Below, piece after piece: positions 1 to 9,808 of a stretch of DNA of 29,525 nucleotides (within the stretch, counting starts at the first letter, position 1; the number at the start of each line of letters is the position of its first letter). Origin of the DNA: an uncultured Chloroflexia bacterium (lineage in GTDB: Bacteria > Chloroflexota > Limnocylindria > Limnocylindrales > CSP1-4); contig CAVVNQ010000009.1 in the NCBI GenBank assembly GCA_963749705.1, forward strand, positions 1-29,525. Reading direction: 5' to 3'. The notes beneath the pieces are model-generated. The model was not told where the DNA came from. It ran no database searches and worked only from the letters and a program-made list of their open reading frames with translations. The translations under genes and the position numbers were made by a program.

Positions 1-74
1 GCAGCTCCTGAGCATCAAGCGAGGTCCCTCGGGCTTCCCGCCTCCGAGCGCGGCGGACTCGGCGGCAGCGGCCA

Positions 75-80
75 TACAAT
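75..80 (+). promoter_or_regulatory. Candidate sigma-70 -10 box (TACAAT) for the ABC exporter operon
   Basis: Near-consensus AT-rich hexamer in a very GC-rich intergenic stretch, about 170 nt upstream of the GTG at 250. No clear -35 box. Confidence 0.4.
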
Positions 81-249
81 GCCGCGGACCCAGCCCGGTG
101 ACAGGCGGCGGCCCTTTCAAGAGCGATGCTGCCGCTGCCAAGGACCCCGCGATGCACGACGCCGCGCTGCTGGACTCCCGTGACACCCTCGGATGTCCGT
201 GCGAGCTCGCCGCGCACCGTGGCGCCACCGATCCGGGTGAGAGCCGTCC

Positions 250-3200
250 GTGCACGCGTTGATCGCAGCGTTCCGGGTGAGCCTGCGCCGAAGCCGCGCG
301 GACTGGCCGATCGTTGCCGCCGCCTGGCTGGTCACGCTCCTCGCTGCCGCCCTCGTCGCCGCAGGACCCGTGTACTGGGTTGCGGCCTCGTCTGCCGGCC
401 TGGGACGGACGGTCGCCGACGCGCCGGCCGGCGACACCTCGATCGACGTGTCGCTCTACGGCACTCCGTCGCATGTCGCGGATATCGACGGCTCGATGGT
501 GGCCGACCTCCGGCAGGCGATTGCGACCGTGGGCGGCAGCGTCCTGCGCGAGGTGCGGAGCAGCGCGACGCTCACGATCGCCAGCCGGCCATCGATCCGC
601 GCCGGTGACCTCGCGACGCTGGGCTCGCTCGACGGGCTTGCCGACCACGCCACCCTGATCGACGGCAGCTGGCCGGCCGACCGCTCCGGTGCATCCGGGC
701 CGATCGAGGTGGCGGTCGTCGACGCCGTCGCCAGCGAGCTCCGGCTGGCGGTGGGCGACGAGCTGTCGCTGGTGACCCAGGAGGGCAACGCAGCCAGGGT
801 CCAGGTGCGCCTGGCGGGCATCTTCGCGATCGATTCGGTCGTCGACCCGTTCTGGCATGGCGACGAGCAGCTGACGTCCGGGATCGTGGACGGGGAGGGC
901 TTCCGGACGTTCGGGCCGTTCCTGGCGACGTCGAACGATCTCCTGCTCCACACCCCCATCGTCTCGGTCCATGCCTGGTGGCGTGCGTACCCGGACCTTG
1001 CCCGACTGTCGGTGGACGACGTCGCGTCGCTGCGGGGCGCGCTCGAGGCCCTGCCCGACCGCCTCAGGATCGATACCGGCGAGGCGCCCTACATCGCGAC
1101 CGGATTGCCCACCCTCCTGGGCGACGCCGAGCGCTCGATGCTGGTGAGCCGCACCAACATGCTGGTGCTCATGGCCCAGCTTGCGATCCTGGCCATCTAC
1201 GCGATCATCCTGATCGCCTCGCTCCTCGTCGATCATCGGCGGGTCGACACCTCCCTCCTCCTGTCCCGCGGCGCCGAGCCCCTGCAGGTGGCGTCGCTGG
1301 CGCTCATGGAGGGGCTGATGCTCGCGATCCCCGCGGTGATCCTCGGCCCGTGGCTGGCGGTCGCCGCCGTGGCCGTGCTCGGCATCGCCGGACCGCTGGC
1401 CGACATCGGGCTCAGCCTCCAGCCGCGGGTCACCGTGGACGGGTACGTGTTCGCCGGCGCCATCGCTGGCGTGTGCGTGGCGCTTCTTGTGCTGCCCGCG
1501 TTCCTCGCCGCGCGCAGCTTCGCGGCCGAGCAGCGCGGGCTCTCCCGGCAGGAGACGCGCACGTTCGGCCAGCGGATGGGGCTCGACATCGCACTCCTGG
1601 CGATCTCCGGGATCGGGCTGTGGCAGCTGCGGCTCTACGGAGCGCCGCTGACGCGCACCGTCCAGGGCAGCTTGGGCCTCGATCCGCTGCTCGTGGCCGC
1701 GCCCGCGATCAGCCTGCTCGCGGGCGGTGTCCTGGCATTGCGCGTCCTGCCGCTGCTGGCCCAGGGCGTGGAGGCTGCGGTCTCGCGCCGGCGGGACCTG
1801 GTGGCCTCGCTCGGCACCCGCCAGCTGGCCCGGCGCCCGCTGCGCTACACCCGATCCGCGCTGATGCTCATGATCGCCATCTCGATGGGCGTGTTCGCCG
1901 TCTCGTACGCGGCGACCTGGTCCGGCTCGCAGCGCGACCAGGCTGCCTACCAGGCGGGAGCCGATGTCCGCGTCGTGCCGGGTCACGCGCTCGGCGCCCT
2001 GCCCGCTTGGGCCCTCCCCGGCGAATATGCGGGGCTGGCCGGCGTCGAGCAGCTGTCGCCCGTCGAGCGGATCGCGAACGGCGTCTCGTTCGCGGCCGGC
2101 GCGGGCGACCTGCTCGGGATCGATGCCCAGACCGCAGCCGGGATCACGCTCCTCCGTGAGGACCAGGCGGCCCAGCCGCTGGGCGACCTGATGCAGGCGC
2201 TGCGCGATGGGCGACCGGAACCGAGCCTGGTGCCGCTGCCGGCGGGGACCGCGTACCTGCGAATCTCGCCCCTGCTCGACCTCACCTCGGTCGGCCGGTT
2301 CGTATTCGACCCCGGCACCGGCGCCGGGCACGTCGAGCGCCTGGATCCCGCCTCGCTGACCGATCTCAAGGTGAGCGTGAATGCGCTCGTGCGCGACGCA
2401 GCGGGACTGCTGTACCGCGTCGAGTCCGATCCGACGCCGGTGAACGGACCGGACACGACCATCGTCGTGCCGCTCGAGCCGGTGGCCGTGCACAGCGCGC
2501 CGATCGTGGACGAGGTGGGCGCCCGGCTCGACGGGCCCATCGAGCTTGCCGGCGTGGGCATCACGGTGTGGCTGCCGAACGATCTGATCGTGAACGTTGC
2601 GCTCGTGGGCGTGGCCGGCGTGTCCGCGGGACACGATCCGGCGGGGCCCTGGGCCGTGGTGCACCTGGATGACAACGGCCCATGGAGCGCGCAGATGGCA
2701 GCAGGGCTACGGCCGCTGGTGGCGGTGCCCGCCGGCCGGACGCGCGGCACCGCGGTGCAGATCACCAACGAGGACCAGCAGAACACCCTGTTCGGCAACG
2801 GCGGCGGCCAGGTGGCCGCCCGGCTCATGTTCCTGCCGTCCTCCATCACCTCGGTCACCGGGGCCATGCCGGTGATCGCAAACCGCGCCTTCCTGGCCGC
2901 CACGGCGTCGGCAACGGACGACACGATCACGTTGAGCGTGGACGGTGTCAGCCGGCGTGTGTCGATCGCGGGGGTCGTCGACACGTTCCCGACCACCGAT
3001 CCGGACCGCCCGCTGCTGATCGTCGACGAGCCCACGCTCGGCCTCCTGCGGCTCCAGGCGAACGGCATCGCGCGCAGCGCGGACGAGTGGTGGATGCAGG
3101 TTGCCGCCGGCCGGCAGGACGCGCTGGCGGCGGCCCTGCGCGACAGCCCGTTCGACAGCGCCCAGGTCGTGAGCGCGGTGGACCGCTCGCGCAGCCTCAG

Positions 3201-3645
3201 CACGGACCCGGTCGCGATCGGCATCATCGGCGCCCTCGCCCTCGGCTTTGTCGCCACCGGGCTGTTCGCCATCGTCGGCCTGACCGTGAGCGCCGCCGTC
3301 TCGGCGCGGGAGCGGCGCACCGAGTTCGCGCTGCTGCGCGCATTGGGCCTGTCCGGGCGGCAGCTGTCGAGCTGGCTGTGGCTCGAGAACGGCAGCCTGG
3401 TGCTGGTCGGCCTGCTGACCGGGACAGGTCTCGGGCTCCTGATCGGCTGGATCGTGCTCCCGTTCGTCACCGTGACCCAGCGCGCCACGGCACCGGTGCC
3501 CCCGGTCATCGTCCAGCTGCCGTGGGACCGCATCCTGCTGCTCGACGTCGCCAGCGCCCTGGCGCTGGGCGTGGCGGTGGTTGCCATCGGCAGCGTCCTG
3601 CGACGGCTGGGCGTGGGCAGCGTCCTGCGCATGGGCGAGGACTGA
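250..3645 (+). CDS. ABC transporter permease, FtsX/MacB (ABC3) family, 1131 aa
   Basis: N-terminal TM helix, two large extracytoplasmic domains and two multi-TM blocks. FtsX-type signatures RRVDTSLLLSRGA and ERRTEFALLRALGLS. Confidence 0.9.
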   Translation: MHALIAAFRVSLRRSRADWPIVAAAWLVTLLAAALVAAGPVYWVAASSAGLGRTVADAPAGDTSIDVSLYGTPSHVADIDGSMVADLRQAIATVGGSVLREVRSSATLTIASRPSIRAGDLATLGSLDGLADHATLIDGSWPADRSGASGPIEVAVVDAVASELRLAVGDELSLVTQEGNAARVQVRLAGIFAIDSVVDPFWHGDEQLTSGIVDGEGFRTFGPFLATSNDLLLHTPIVSVHAWWRAYPDLARLSVDDVASLRGALEALPDRLRIDTGEAPYIATGLPTLLGDAERSMLVSRTNMLVLMAQLAILAIYAIILIASLLVDHRRVDTSLLLSRGAEPLQVASLALMEGLMLAIPAVILGPWLAVAAVAVLGIAGPLADIGLSLQPRVTVDGYVFAGAIAGVCVALLVLPAFLAARSFAAEQRGLSRQETRTFGQRMGLDIALLAISGIGLWQLRLYGAPLTRTVQGSLGLDPLLVAAPAISLLAGGVLALRVLPLLAQGVEAAVSRRRDLVASLGTRQLARRPLRYTRSALMLMIAISMGVFAVSYAATWSGSQRDQAAYQAGADVRVVPGHALGALPAWALPGEYAGLAGVEQLSPVERIANGVSFAAGAGDLLGIDAQTAAGITLLREDQAAQPLGDLMQALRDGRPEPSLVPLPAGTAYLRISPLLDLTSVGRFVFDPGTGAGHVERLDPASLTDLKVSVNALVRDAAGLLYRVESDPTPVNGPDTTIVVPLEPVAVHSAPIVDEVGARLDGPIELAGVGITVWLPNDLIVNVALVGVAGVSAGHDPAGPWAVVHLDDNGPWSAQMAAGLRPLVAVPAGRTRGTAVQITNEDQQNTLFGNGGGQVAARLMFLPSSITSVTGAMPVIANRAFLAATASATDDTITLSVDGVSRRVSIAGVVDTFPTTDPDRPLLIVDEPTLGLLRLQANGIARSADEWWMQVAAGRQDALAAALRDSPFDSAQVVSAVDRSRSLSTDPVAIGIIGALALGFVATGLFAIVGLTVSAAVSARERRTEFALLRALGLSGRQLSSWLWLENGSLVLVGLLTGTGLGLLIGWIVLPFVTVTQRATAPVPPVIVQLPWDRILLLDVASALALGVAVVAIGSVLRRLGVGSVLRMGED

Positions 3646-3647
3646 CC

Positions 3648-6449
3648 GTGCGTTCTCTGTGGGCCGCGGGACTGCTCCTGCGCCGTCTTCGTGCCGAGCT
3701 CCGGATGATCACGCTCCTGTTCCTCGTGATCGCCGCGACGAGCTTCCTGTTCGCCGCCGCCCCACGGCTGTTCAACCGCGCAAGCGACGACGCGGTGCGG
3801 TACGCGGCGCGGGCGGCGCCGTCCGTGCAGCGCAACGTCGTGCTCGCCGAGGCCGCCAGGCTGTCGCCGGGTCTCGAAGGCGGCGTCAGCGAGGTCCGCG
3901 CGCGCGGCGACCAGCTGGCGGAGCAGCTTCCAGCCTCGCTCGCCGCCCTGATCGCCGATCGCCTGCTGCGCGTGACCAGCGTGCGCTTCGCCACGGCGGA
4001 CCCGAACTTCTCATACCTGTCGCTGCAGTACCAGGACGGTCTGAGCGAGGCGACCACGCTCGTCGCCGGGCGTTGGCCGGTCGACCGGGGCGTGCCGGTT
4101 CCCCTGGCCACCTGGCGGAACGGGTCGGGGTCCGCTGCTGGCAGCGACCAGGCGGCGCCGGTGGTCCTCGAGGTCGCGCTGTCCAGCGCGGAGGCATTCG
4201 AGATGGGCCTCGAGCTGGGCGATCGCGTCGCGCTGGGGCTTGACGGGACCGATCCGATGCTGTCGGGCACGCCGCTGCAGCTCGCGCCGGTCGACATCGA
4301 GGTGGTCGGGCTGTTCGACCCGATCGACCCGACCGCCGAGTATTGGGCGGACGACCGGAGCCTGCTCCATGTCGTGCAGGTGGGCACGTTCTTCGACCCC
4401 GTGTTCCAGGCCGCTGCCTACATCCCCGCCGACGCGTACCCGGACCTGTGGGCGAGCGGCCTCCCGTTCCATTACGAGTGGCGGCTCCAGGTCGACCCGC
4501 AACGACTCGACGGCGGGAAGGTGGAACAGCTTCGGACGGACCTGCGGCACCTCGATTCCATCGCCGCCTTCTCCGCCATCGCCGCGCCCGGCACCGTCCA
4601 GCTGCGCACCGGCCTGCCGGGGATCCTCGACGCCTACGCCGAGCAGCGCGCCCGGTCCGAGTCGATCCTGTCCGTCGCCGCCATCGGTCCGTTCGGGCTG
4701 GCCGGCGGTGTGCTGGCGATGCTGGCGATCCTGCTCGCCGCGCGCCGACGGGCCGCGCTCGCGCTCGCCCGCGGCCGGGGGGCATCCGGCGCGCTGGTGC
4801 TGGGCACCGAGCTGTGGGAGGCGATCCTGATCGCGGGCGGCGCGTCGCTGGTGGGGCTGCTCGGCGCGGTGATCGCCATCCCAGCCCGGGCCAGCAGCCT
4901 CTCGCCGATCCTCGCGGCGGCGGTGGGCGGGGGTGCCATCCTGCTCCTGCTGGGCTCCACGTGGCCGATGGCCCGGCGTCAGCTGGGCCAGCTGGAGCGC
5001 GACGATCCCCCCGGGCTCCGCGTTGCGCCGCGCCGCCTCGTCCTCGAGCTGACGATCGTGGCCATCGCGGGCGCCGGAGCCCTGCTGCTCCGCGAGCGCG
5101 GCCTGACCCTTGCCGACGGCGCCACGGCGACCTTCAACCCCCTGCTGGCGACGGCTCCGGTGCTGTGCGGCCTGGCGGCGGGGATCGTGGCCCTGCGCCT
5201 CTACCCGCTGCCTGTCCGCACGCTCGGCTGGCTCGCGGCCAGGCGTCACGACCTGGTCCCGGTGCTGGGCCTGCGCATGATCGGGCGGCACCCGGCCGCA
5301 GCGAACCTGGCGCTGCTCGTGCTCATGCTGACGGCCGCGTTCGGAGCCTTCTCATCGGTGATCGTGTCGAGCATCGATCGCGGGCAGGTTGCCGCCTCGT
5401 ACCTCGCCGTCGGCGCGGACTATCGGATCGAGCGGACGGCGATCGGATCGCTGGCGCCGTCGCTGGATCCATCGTCGATCGCGGGCATCGACGCGGTCGC
5501 GCCCGGGATCGTGGACAGCCGGGCCGCCTTTGCCGACACCGACGTCCAGCACGCCACGATCCATCTCGAGGCCATCGACCCGCTGGCGTACGAGGCGGTC
5601 GCCCGCGGCTCGGCCGCCGACCCGGCATGGCCGGACGCCCTGGTGGCAGACCCGGCGGGCACCGCGATCGGCACCCCGGAGAACCCGATCCCGGCGATCC
5701 TGTCCCAGCGGCTTCCGGCAGGCAGCGCCGGCCTCGCGCCGGGTGACACGTTCCGGATCACGGTCGTGGGCCAGGACCTCACGTTCCGGCTCGTCGAGCA
5801 ACGGGCGAGCTTCCCGGGGATCGCCGCATCGACGCCGTTCGCCGTGGTGCCGTTCAACTGGGTCCAGGCGGCGCTCGGAAGGACCCAGCCCCCGACCGTC
5901 ATGTGGCTGCGTGGCTCCGCGGACGCGGCGCAGCCACTGGCCGATGCCATCGACGCGGTGGCCGGCTCGACCCGCATCATCTCGCGCTATCACGCATATG
6001 ACGCGCTCCATGACGCGCCGCTCGGCGCGGCGGTCGCCACCGGCTACGCGCTGGCGCTGATCGTTGCCGCGATGTACATGGCGCTCGCGATCATCGGCAC
6101 CGTCGTCCTGTCCGCGGCGCGCCGGACCCAGGACCTCGCGTACCTGCGAACCCTCGGGGTGACCGCCCGCCAGGCGCTGGCGCTCACGTTCGTGGAGCAC
6201 GCGCCGCCCGTGCTGCTGGCGCTCGTCCCCGGCGTCGCGCTCGGGATCGGCGTTGCGTTCCTGCTCGAGCCCGGCCTCGGGTTCGCCGCGTTCGTCGGCA
6301 CCAGCGGCCTGCCACTGGTCGTCGACTGGGTGGCGCTGCTGGTCATGCTCGCGGCGCTGATCGGGGTGGTGGTGGCGGCGGTGGCAGCCGGGACGTGGCT
6401 GTCGCGTCGGGCGCGATTGGTGGATGCGCTGCGGATCGGCGAGGATTGA
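3648..6449 (+). CDS. Second FtsX/MacB-family ABC permease, about 933 aa
   Basis: GTG at 3648 lies 2 nt after the upstream stop and is in frame with ORF 2682..6449. Motifs RRAALALARGRGAS and RRTQDLAYLRTLGVT. Same architecture as the first permease, and both end in R-x-G-E-D. Confidence 0.88.
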   Translation: MRSLWAAGLLLRRLRAELRMITLLFLVIAATSFLFAAAPRLFNRASDDAVRYAARAAPSVQRNVVLAEAARLSPGLEGGVSEVRARGDQLAEQLPASLAALIADRLLRVTSVRFATADPNFSYLSLQYQDGLSEATTLVAGRWPVDRGVPVPLATWRNGSGSAAGSDQAAPVVLEVALSSAEAFEMGLELGDRVALGLDGTDPMLSGTPLQLAPVDIEVVGLFDPIDPTAEYWADDRSLLHVVQVGTFFDPVFQAAAYIPADAYPDLWASGLPFHYEWRLQVDPQRLDGGKVEQLRTDLRHLDSIAAFSAIAAPGTVQLRTGLPGILDAYAEQRARSESILSVAAIGPFGLAGGVLAMLAILLAARRRAALALARGRGASGALVLGTELWEAILIAGGASLVGLLGAVIAIPARASSLSPILAAAVGGGAILLLLGSTWPMARRQLGQLERDDPPGLRVAPRRLVLELTIVAIAGAGALLLRERGLTLADGATATFNPLLATAPVLCGLAAGIVALRLYPLPVRTLGWLAARRHDLVPVLGLRMIGRHPAAANLALLVLMLTAAFGAFSSVIVSSIDRGQVAASYLAVGADYRIERTAIGSLAPSLDPSSIAGIDAVAPGIVDSRAAFADTDVQHATIHLEAIDPLAYEAVARGSAADPAWPDALVADPAGTAIGTPENPIPAILSQRLPAGSAGLAPGDTFRITVVGQDLTFRLVEQRASFPGIAASTPFAVVPFNWVQAALGRTQPPTVMWLRGSADAAQPLADAIDAVAGSTRIISRYHAYDALHDAPLGAAVATGYALALIVAAMYMALAIIGTVVLSAARRTQDLAYLRTLGVTARQALALTFVEHAPPVLLALVPGVALGIGVAFLLEPGLGFAAFVGTSGLPLVVDWVALLVMLAALIGVVVAAVAAGTWLSRRARLVDALRIGED

Positions 6450-6464
6450 CCTGATGGAGCGGAC

Positions 6465-7468
6465 ATGACCCAGGAACGTACCGACCCCGGCACATCGCCC
6501 GGCGACGTCGCCACCCGGACGGCTCGAACCGTGCCGCAGTCGCGCCGTCCGCGGTACGACGGCCCGCTGATCGCGTGCGACAACCTGGTCAGGATCTACA
6601 AGGTCGCCAACCTCGAGGTGGTGGCCCTCCAGGGTCTCGACCTGCAGGTCGAGGCGGGCGAGTTCATCGCCCTGGTCGGCGCCTCCGGCAGCGGCAAGAG
6701 CACCCTCATGAACATCCTGGGCGGGCTCGACGTCCCGTCGGCCGGTCGAGCCGTGGTCGCCGGGCCACGACCTGGGTGAGATGGGGCGCCAGCGGCGGAC
6801 CGACTACCGGCGCCGGGTGATCGGCTTCGTATGGCAGCAGACCGCACGCAACCTGCTCTCGTACCTGACCGCGCGGCAGAACGTGGAGCTGCCGATGCTG
6901 CTCAACGGGATCGGGCGCGGCGAGCGCGAAGCGCGGGCGATGGACCTGCTGGCGCGGGTCGGGCTGGCCGATCGCGGCGAGCACCGTCCGGAGCGCCTGT
7001 CCGGCGGCGAGCAGCAGCGGGTGGCGATCGCCGTGGCGCTCGCCAACCAGCCGGCGGTGCTGTTCGCGGACGAGCCCACCGGCGAGCTCGACACGACCAC
7101 CGCCCACGAGGTGTTCGATCTGCTGCGCACCGTGAACCACGAGCTCGGGGTGACCATCGTCGTCGTCACCCACGATCCCGCTGGTCAGCGAGCAGGTCAG
7201 CCGCACGGTCGCGATCCGCGACGGCCGGACGAGCAGCGAGACGCTCCGCCGGCGGGCGGTCTCGCAGCAGGGTGACCACCACGTCATCAGCGAGGAGTAC
7301 GCCGTGCTCGATCGCGTCGGCCGCCTCCAGCTGCCGCGCAGCCACGTCGAGACGCTGGGCCTCGAGCGGCGGGTGCGGCTGGCCCTGGAACCGGACCACA
7401 TCAGCGTGTGGCCGGACCGCGACCGTTCGGGCGATGGGGATGGCGTCGACGGCGGGACGGACGCGTGA
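6465..7468 (+). pseudogene. ABC transporter ATP-binding protein (LolD/MacB type) with a C-terminal extension, split by two +1 frameshifts (pseudogene or sequencing error)
   Basis: Walker [10 protein letters not shown] in the frame starting 6465. An extra base at about 6762-6765 (GGGC CAC) shifts to the frame with the Q-loop, LSGGEQQRV, Walker B VLFADE and the H-loop VTHD. An extra base at about 7177-7180 (CCCG CTG) shifts to LVSEQVSRTVAIRDGR..., which ends at TGA 7466-7468 overlapping the next ATG. Confidence 0.85.
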
Positions 7469-8223
7469 TGGGCGACCTGAGGTATGCGCCGCCCGAGCGG
7501 CGCCTGACGGACGATCCGGCCATCGCCGCCATGGTCGAGACACGGGATCTCTCGCGCGAGTACCCGATGCCCGGCGGCGCGGTCCACGCCGTGCGCGACG
7601 TCAGCGTCCGGGTGGTCCGGGGTCAGCTGGTCGCGCTGCGCGGGCGGTCCGGATCCGGCAAGACGACCTTCCTGTCCATGGTCGGCGGCCTGGACCGGCC
7701 GACCCGCGGCAGCGTCTCCGTCGACGGCATGGCGGTGTCGGAGCTGCCGGAGTCACAGCTCGTCGACTTCCGGCGACGGAACATCGGGTTCATCTTCCAG
7801 GCCTTCGGCCTGCTGCCGATCCTCTCGGCGGCGGAGAACGTCGAGGTGCCGCTGCGCCTCGTGAAGGCGGACCCACACGACCGCGACCGGCGCGTCCGCG
7901 AGCTGCTCGACATGGTGGGCCTGGGCGGCCGAGCCGATCACCGGCCGCACGAGCTGTCGGGCGGCGAGCAGCAGCGCGTGGCGATCGCCCGCGCGCTGGC
8001 CAACCGACCCGACCTGCTGCTGGCGGACGAGCCGACCGGGCAGCTGGACTCGCAGACCGGCCGCAGCATCATGGCGCTGATCCAGCACCTCGTCCGGAGC
8101 GAGGGCGTGACCGCCATCGTGGCAACCCACGACCCCATGCTGATCGACCTGGCGGACCGGGTGATCGAGCTCCGGGATGGCCAGGTCGTGGAGGGCGGGG
8201 TGGCCGAGCCGAAGCTGGCCTGA
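7468..8223 (+). CDS. ABC transporter ATP-binding protein (LolD/MacB type)
   Basis: GRSGSGKTT, LSGGEQQRV, LLLADEPTG and ATHD motifs. ATG at 7468 overlaps the upstream TGA (TGATG coupling). Confidence 0.92.
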   Translation: MGDLRYAPPERRLTDDPAIAAMVETRDLSREYPMPGGAVHAVRDVSVRVVRGQLVALRGRSGSGKTTFLSMVGGLDRPTRGSVSVDGMAVSELPESQLVDFRRRNIGFIFQAFGLLPILSAAENVEVPLRLVKADPHDRDRRVRELLDMVGLGGRADHRPHELSGGEQQRVAIARALANRPDLLLADEPTGQLDSQTGRSIMALIQHLVRSEGVTAIVATHDPMLIDLADRVIELRDGQVVEGGVAEPKLA

Positions 8224-8254
8224 GCCGGCGGGGGACGCCCGCGGGCCCGCCGGC
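8224..8254. terminator. GC-rich stem-loop between convergent operons
   Basis: GCCGGCGGG (8224-8232) pairs with CCCGCCGGC (8246-8254). No U-tract. Confidence 0.3.
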
Positions 8255-8281
8255 CGGCCGGCCGGCAGGGCCTACGCGCGA

Positions 8282-9808
8282 TCAGCCCGATGGACGCTCG
8301 AGGCGGACCACGTTCCAAGAGCGCGGAGGGAGCTCCGCCACCAGCCGCCCCGAGTCGCGTCGCGCGCCGGTCACGCGTCTCGGCACGACCCGGTCCCCGG
8401 CCGTGGCCACGTTCGCCGCGCCGAGATCCGGGTCGGCCAGGACGTGGTGCGAGATCCGTGTGAGGTCATCAAGGTCGCGAAGCCTCGCGTCCAGGACGAG
8501 CGGGCGGTCCAGCCGGTTCACCGCGAACAGCGCGAGCGACGGGGTGGCAGCATCGAGGACGGCGACCGCCTCGATCGCCTGGACGCGGCCCTCGGACGCG
8601 ACGTATTCCGGCCCGTCGAGCTCGAGGTCCAGGGCTGTCCCGCGTGCGTACCGCGCGACATCCGCGAACGGATGGAACGAGGTCTGGCGCCACGCCGGCC
8701 CACCGGCAACCGTGCGGATCACCGGGATCACGTTGACCAGCTGGGCCAGGCACGCGATCCGGACCCGATCCGCGTGGCGCAGGAGCGTGATGAGCAGGCA
8801 GCCGACCACGAGGGCGTCGGCGACGTCATGCCGGTCCTCGGCGATCGCGGGCGCGTGACGGAACGGTCCCTCGGGTTCCTCGCGTGCCCGGTGCTCGGCC
8901 AGGCGCCACACGTTCCACTCGTCCACGCTCAGGCCGATCCGCCGGGCGCTGCCCTTGCGCCGGGCCACGCCATCCACGATCGCCGCGACGGACTCGATCA
9001 TCCGCGCCAGGTCGAGCGAACAGGCCAGGTAGTCGTCGACCGAGTCGTACGCAGCCGGGTCGTAGTAGCTGTGGAGGGAGATGTGGTCCACGACCTCCCA
9101 GGCGAGATCGAGGACCGTCTCCTCCCAGGCGCCGAAGGTCGGCATCCCGGACCCCGAGCTGCCGCACGCCACCAGCTCGATCGAGGGGTCGACGCGGCGC
9201 ATCGCGGCGCCGGCCTCCGCCGCCAGGCGGCCGTACTCGACGGCCGTCTTGTGGCCGATCTGCCACAGCCCATCCATCTCGTTGCCCAGGCACCACAGCC
9301 GGACGTCATGCGGCGCGGGATGGCCGTTTGCGACGCGCCGATCGCCGAAGCGTGAGCCCGTCGGCCCGTTGCAGTACTCCACGAGGTCACGAGCGGCCTC
9401 GGCTCCGCGCGTGCCCAGGTTGACGGCGAGCATCGGCGCCACGCCGGCCAGTCGCGTCCACGCAAGGAACTCGTCCGTGCCGACGGTGTTGGGCTCGATC
9501 GACCGCCACGCGAGGTCGAGCCGGGTCGGGCGAGCCTCGCGAGGGCCGACGCCATCCTCCCATCGGTAGCCGGATACGAAGTTCCCGCCCGGATACCGAA
9601 CGACGGTCACGCCCAGCTCGCGGACCAGAGCCACGACATCGCGTCGCCAGCCGTCATGGTCGGCCTCGGGGTGGTCCGGCTCGTAGATCCCGCCGTAGAT
9701 CGCCCGGCCCATGTGCTCCAGGAACGACCCGAACAGCCGTTCGTCGACCTCGCCAATGACGCGCGCTGGGTCGACGTCGGCGCTCGCCCCGACCCTGGCG
9801 TCAGGCAA
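8282..9808 (-). CDS. abfA: Alpha-L-arabinofuranosidase, GH51
   Basis: FGSFLEHMGRAIYGGIYEP, RYPGGNFVSGYRWEDGVGP, acid/base motif LGNEMDG and nucleophile motif DEWNVW. TTG start overlaps the GH3 stop. Confidence 0.93.
   Translation of the reverse strand: MPDARVGASADVDPARVIGEVDERLFGSFLEHMGRAIYGGIYEPDHPEADHDGWRRDVVALVRELGVTVVRYPGGNFVSGYRWEDGVGPREARPTRLDLAWRSIEPNTVGTDEFLAWTRLAGVAPMLAVNLGTRGAEAARDLVEYCNGPTGSRFGDRRVANGHPAPHDVRLWCLGNEMDGLWQIGHKTAVEYGRLAAEAGAAMRRVDPSIELVACGSSGSGMPTFGAWEETVLDLAWEVVDHISLHSYYDPAAYDSVDDYLACSLDLARMIESVAAIVDGVARRKGSARRIGLSVDEWNVWRLAEHRAREEPEGPFRHAPAIAEDRHDVADALVVGCLLITLLRHADRVRIACLAQLVNVIPVIRTVAGGPAWRQTSFHPFADVARYARGTALDLELDGPEYVASEGRVQAIEAVAVLDAATPSLALFAVNRLDRPLVLDARLRDLDDLTRISHHVLADPDLGAANVATAGDRVVPRRVTGARRDSGRLVAELPPRSWNVVRLERPSG

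Noticed and set aside
1-35. Start of a minus-strand gene leaving the window (GAGGG then TTG/ATG at 18/15)
   Set aside because: Only five or six codons are visible, too few to support a call.
2682-3647. 322-aa N-terminal extension of the 1255-aa ORF
   Set aside because: It overlaps the first permease in another frame and is R/G/P-rich shadow translation; the real start is GTG 3648.
6755-7190. Programmed ribosomal frameshifting in the ABC ATPase
   Set aside because: No slippery heptamer is present, and two independent shifts would be needed for a functional protein.
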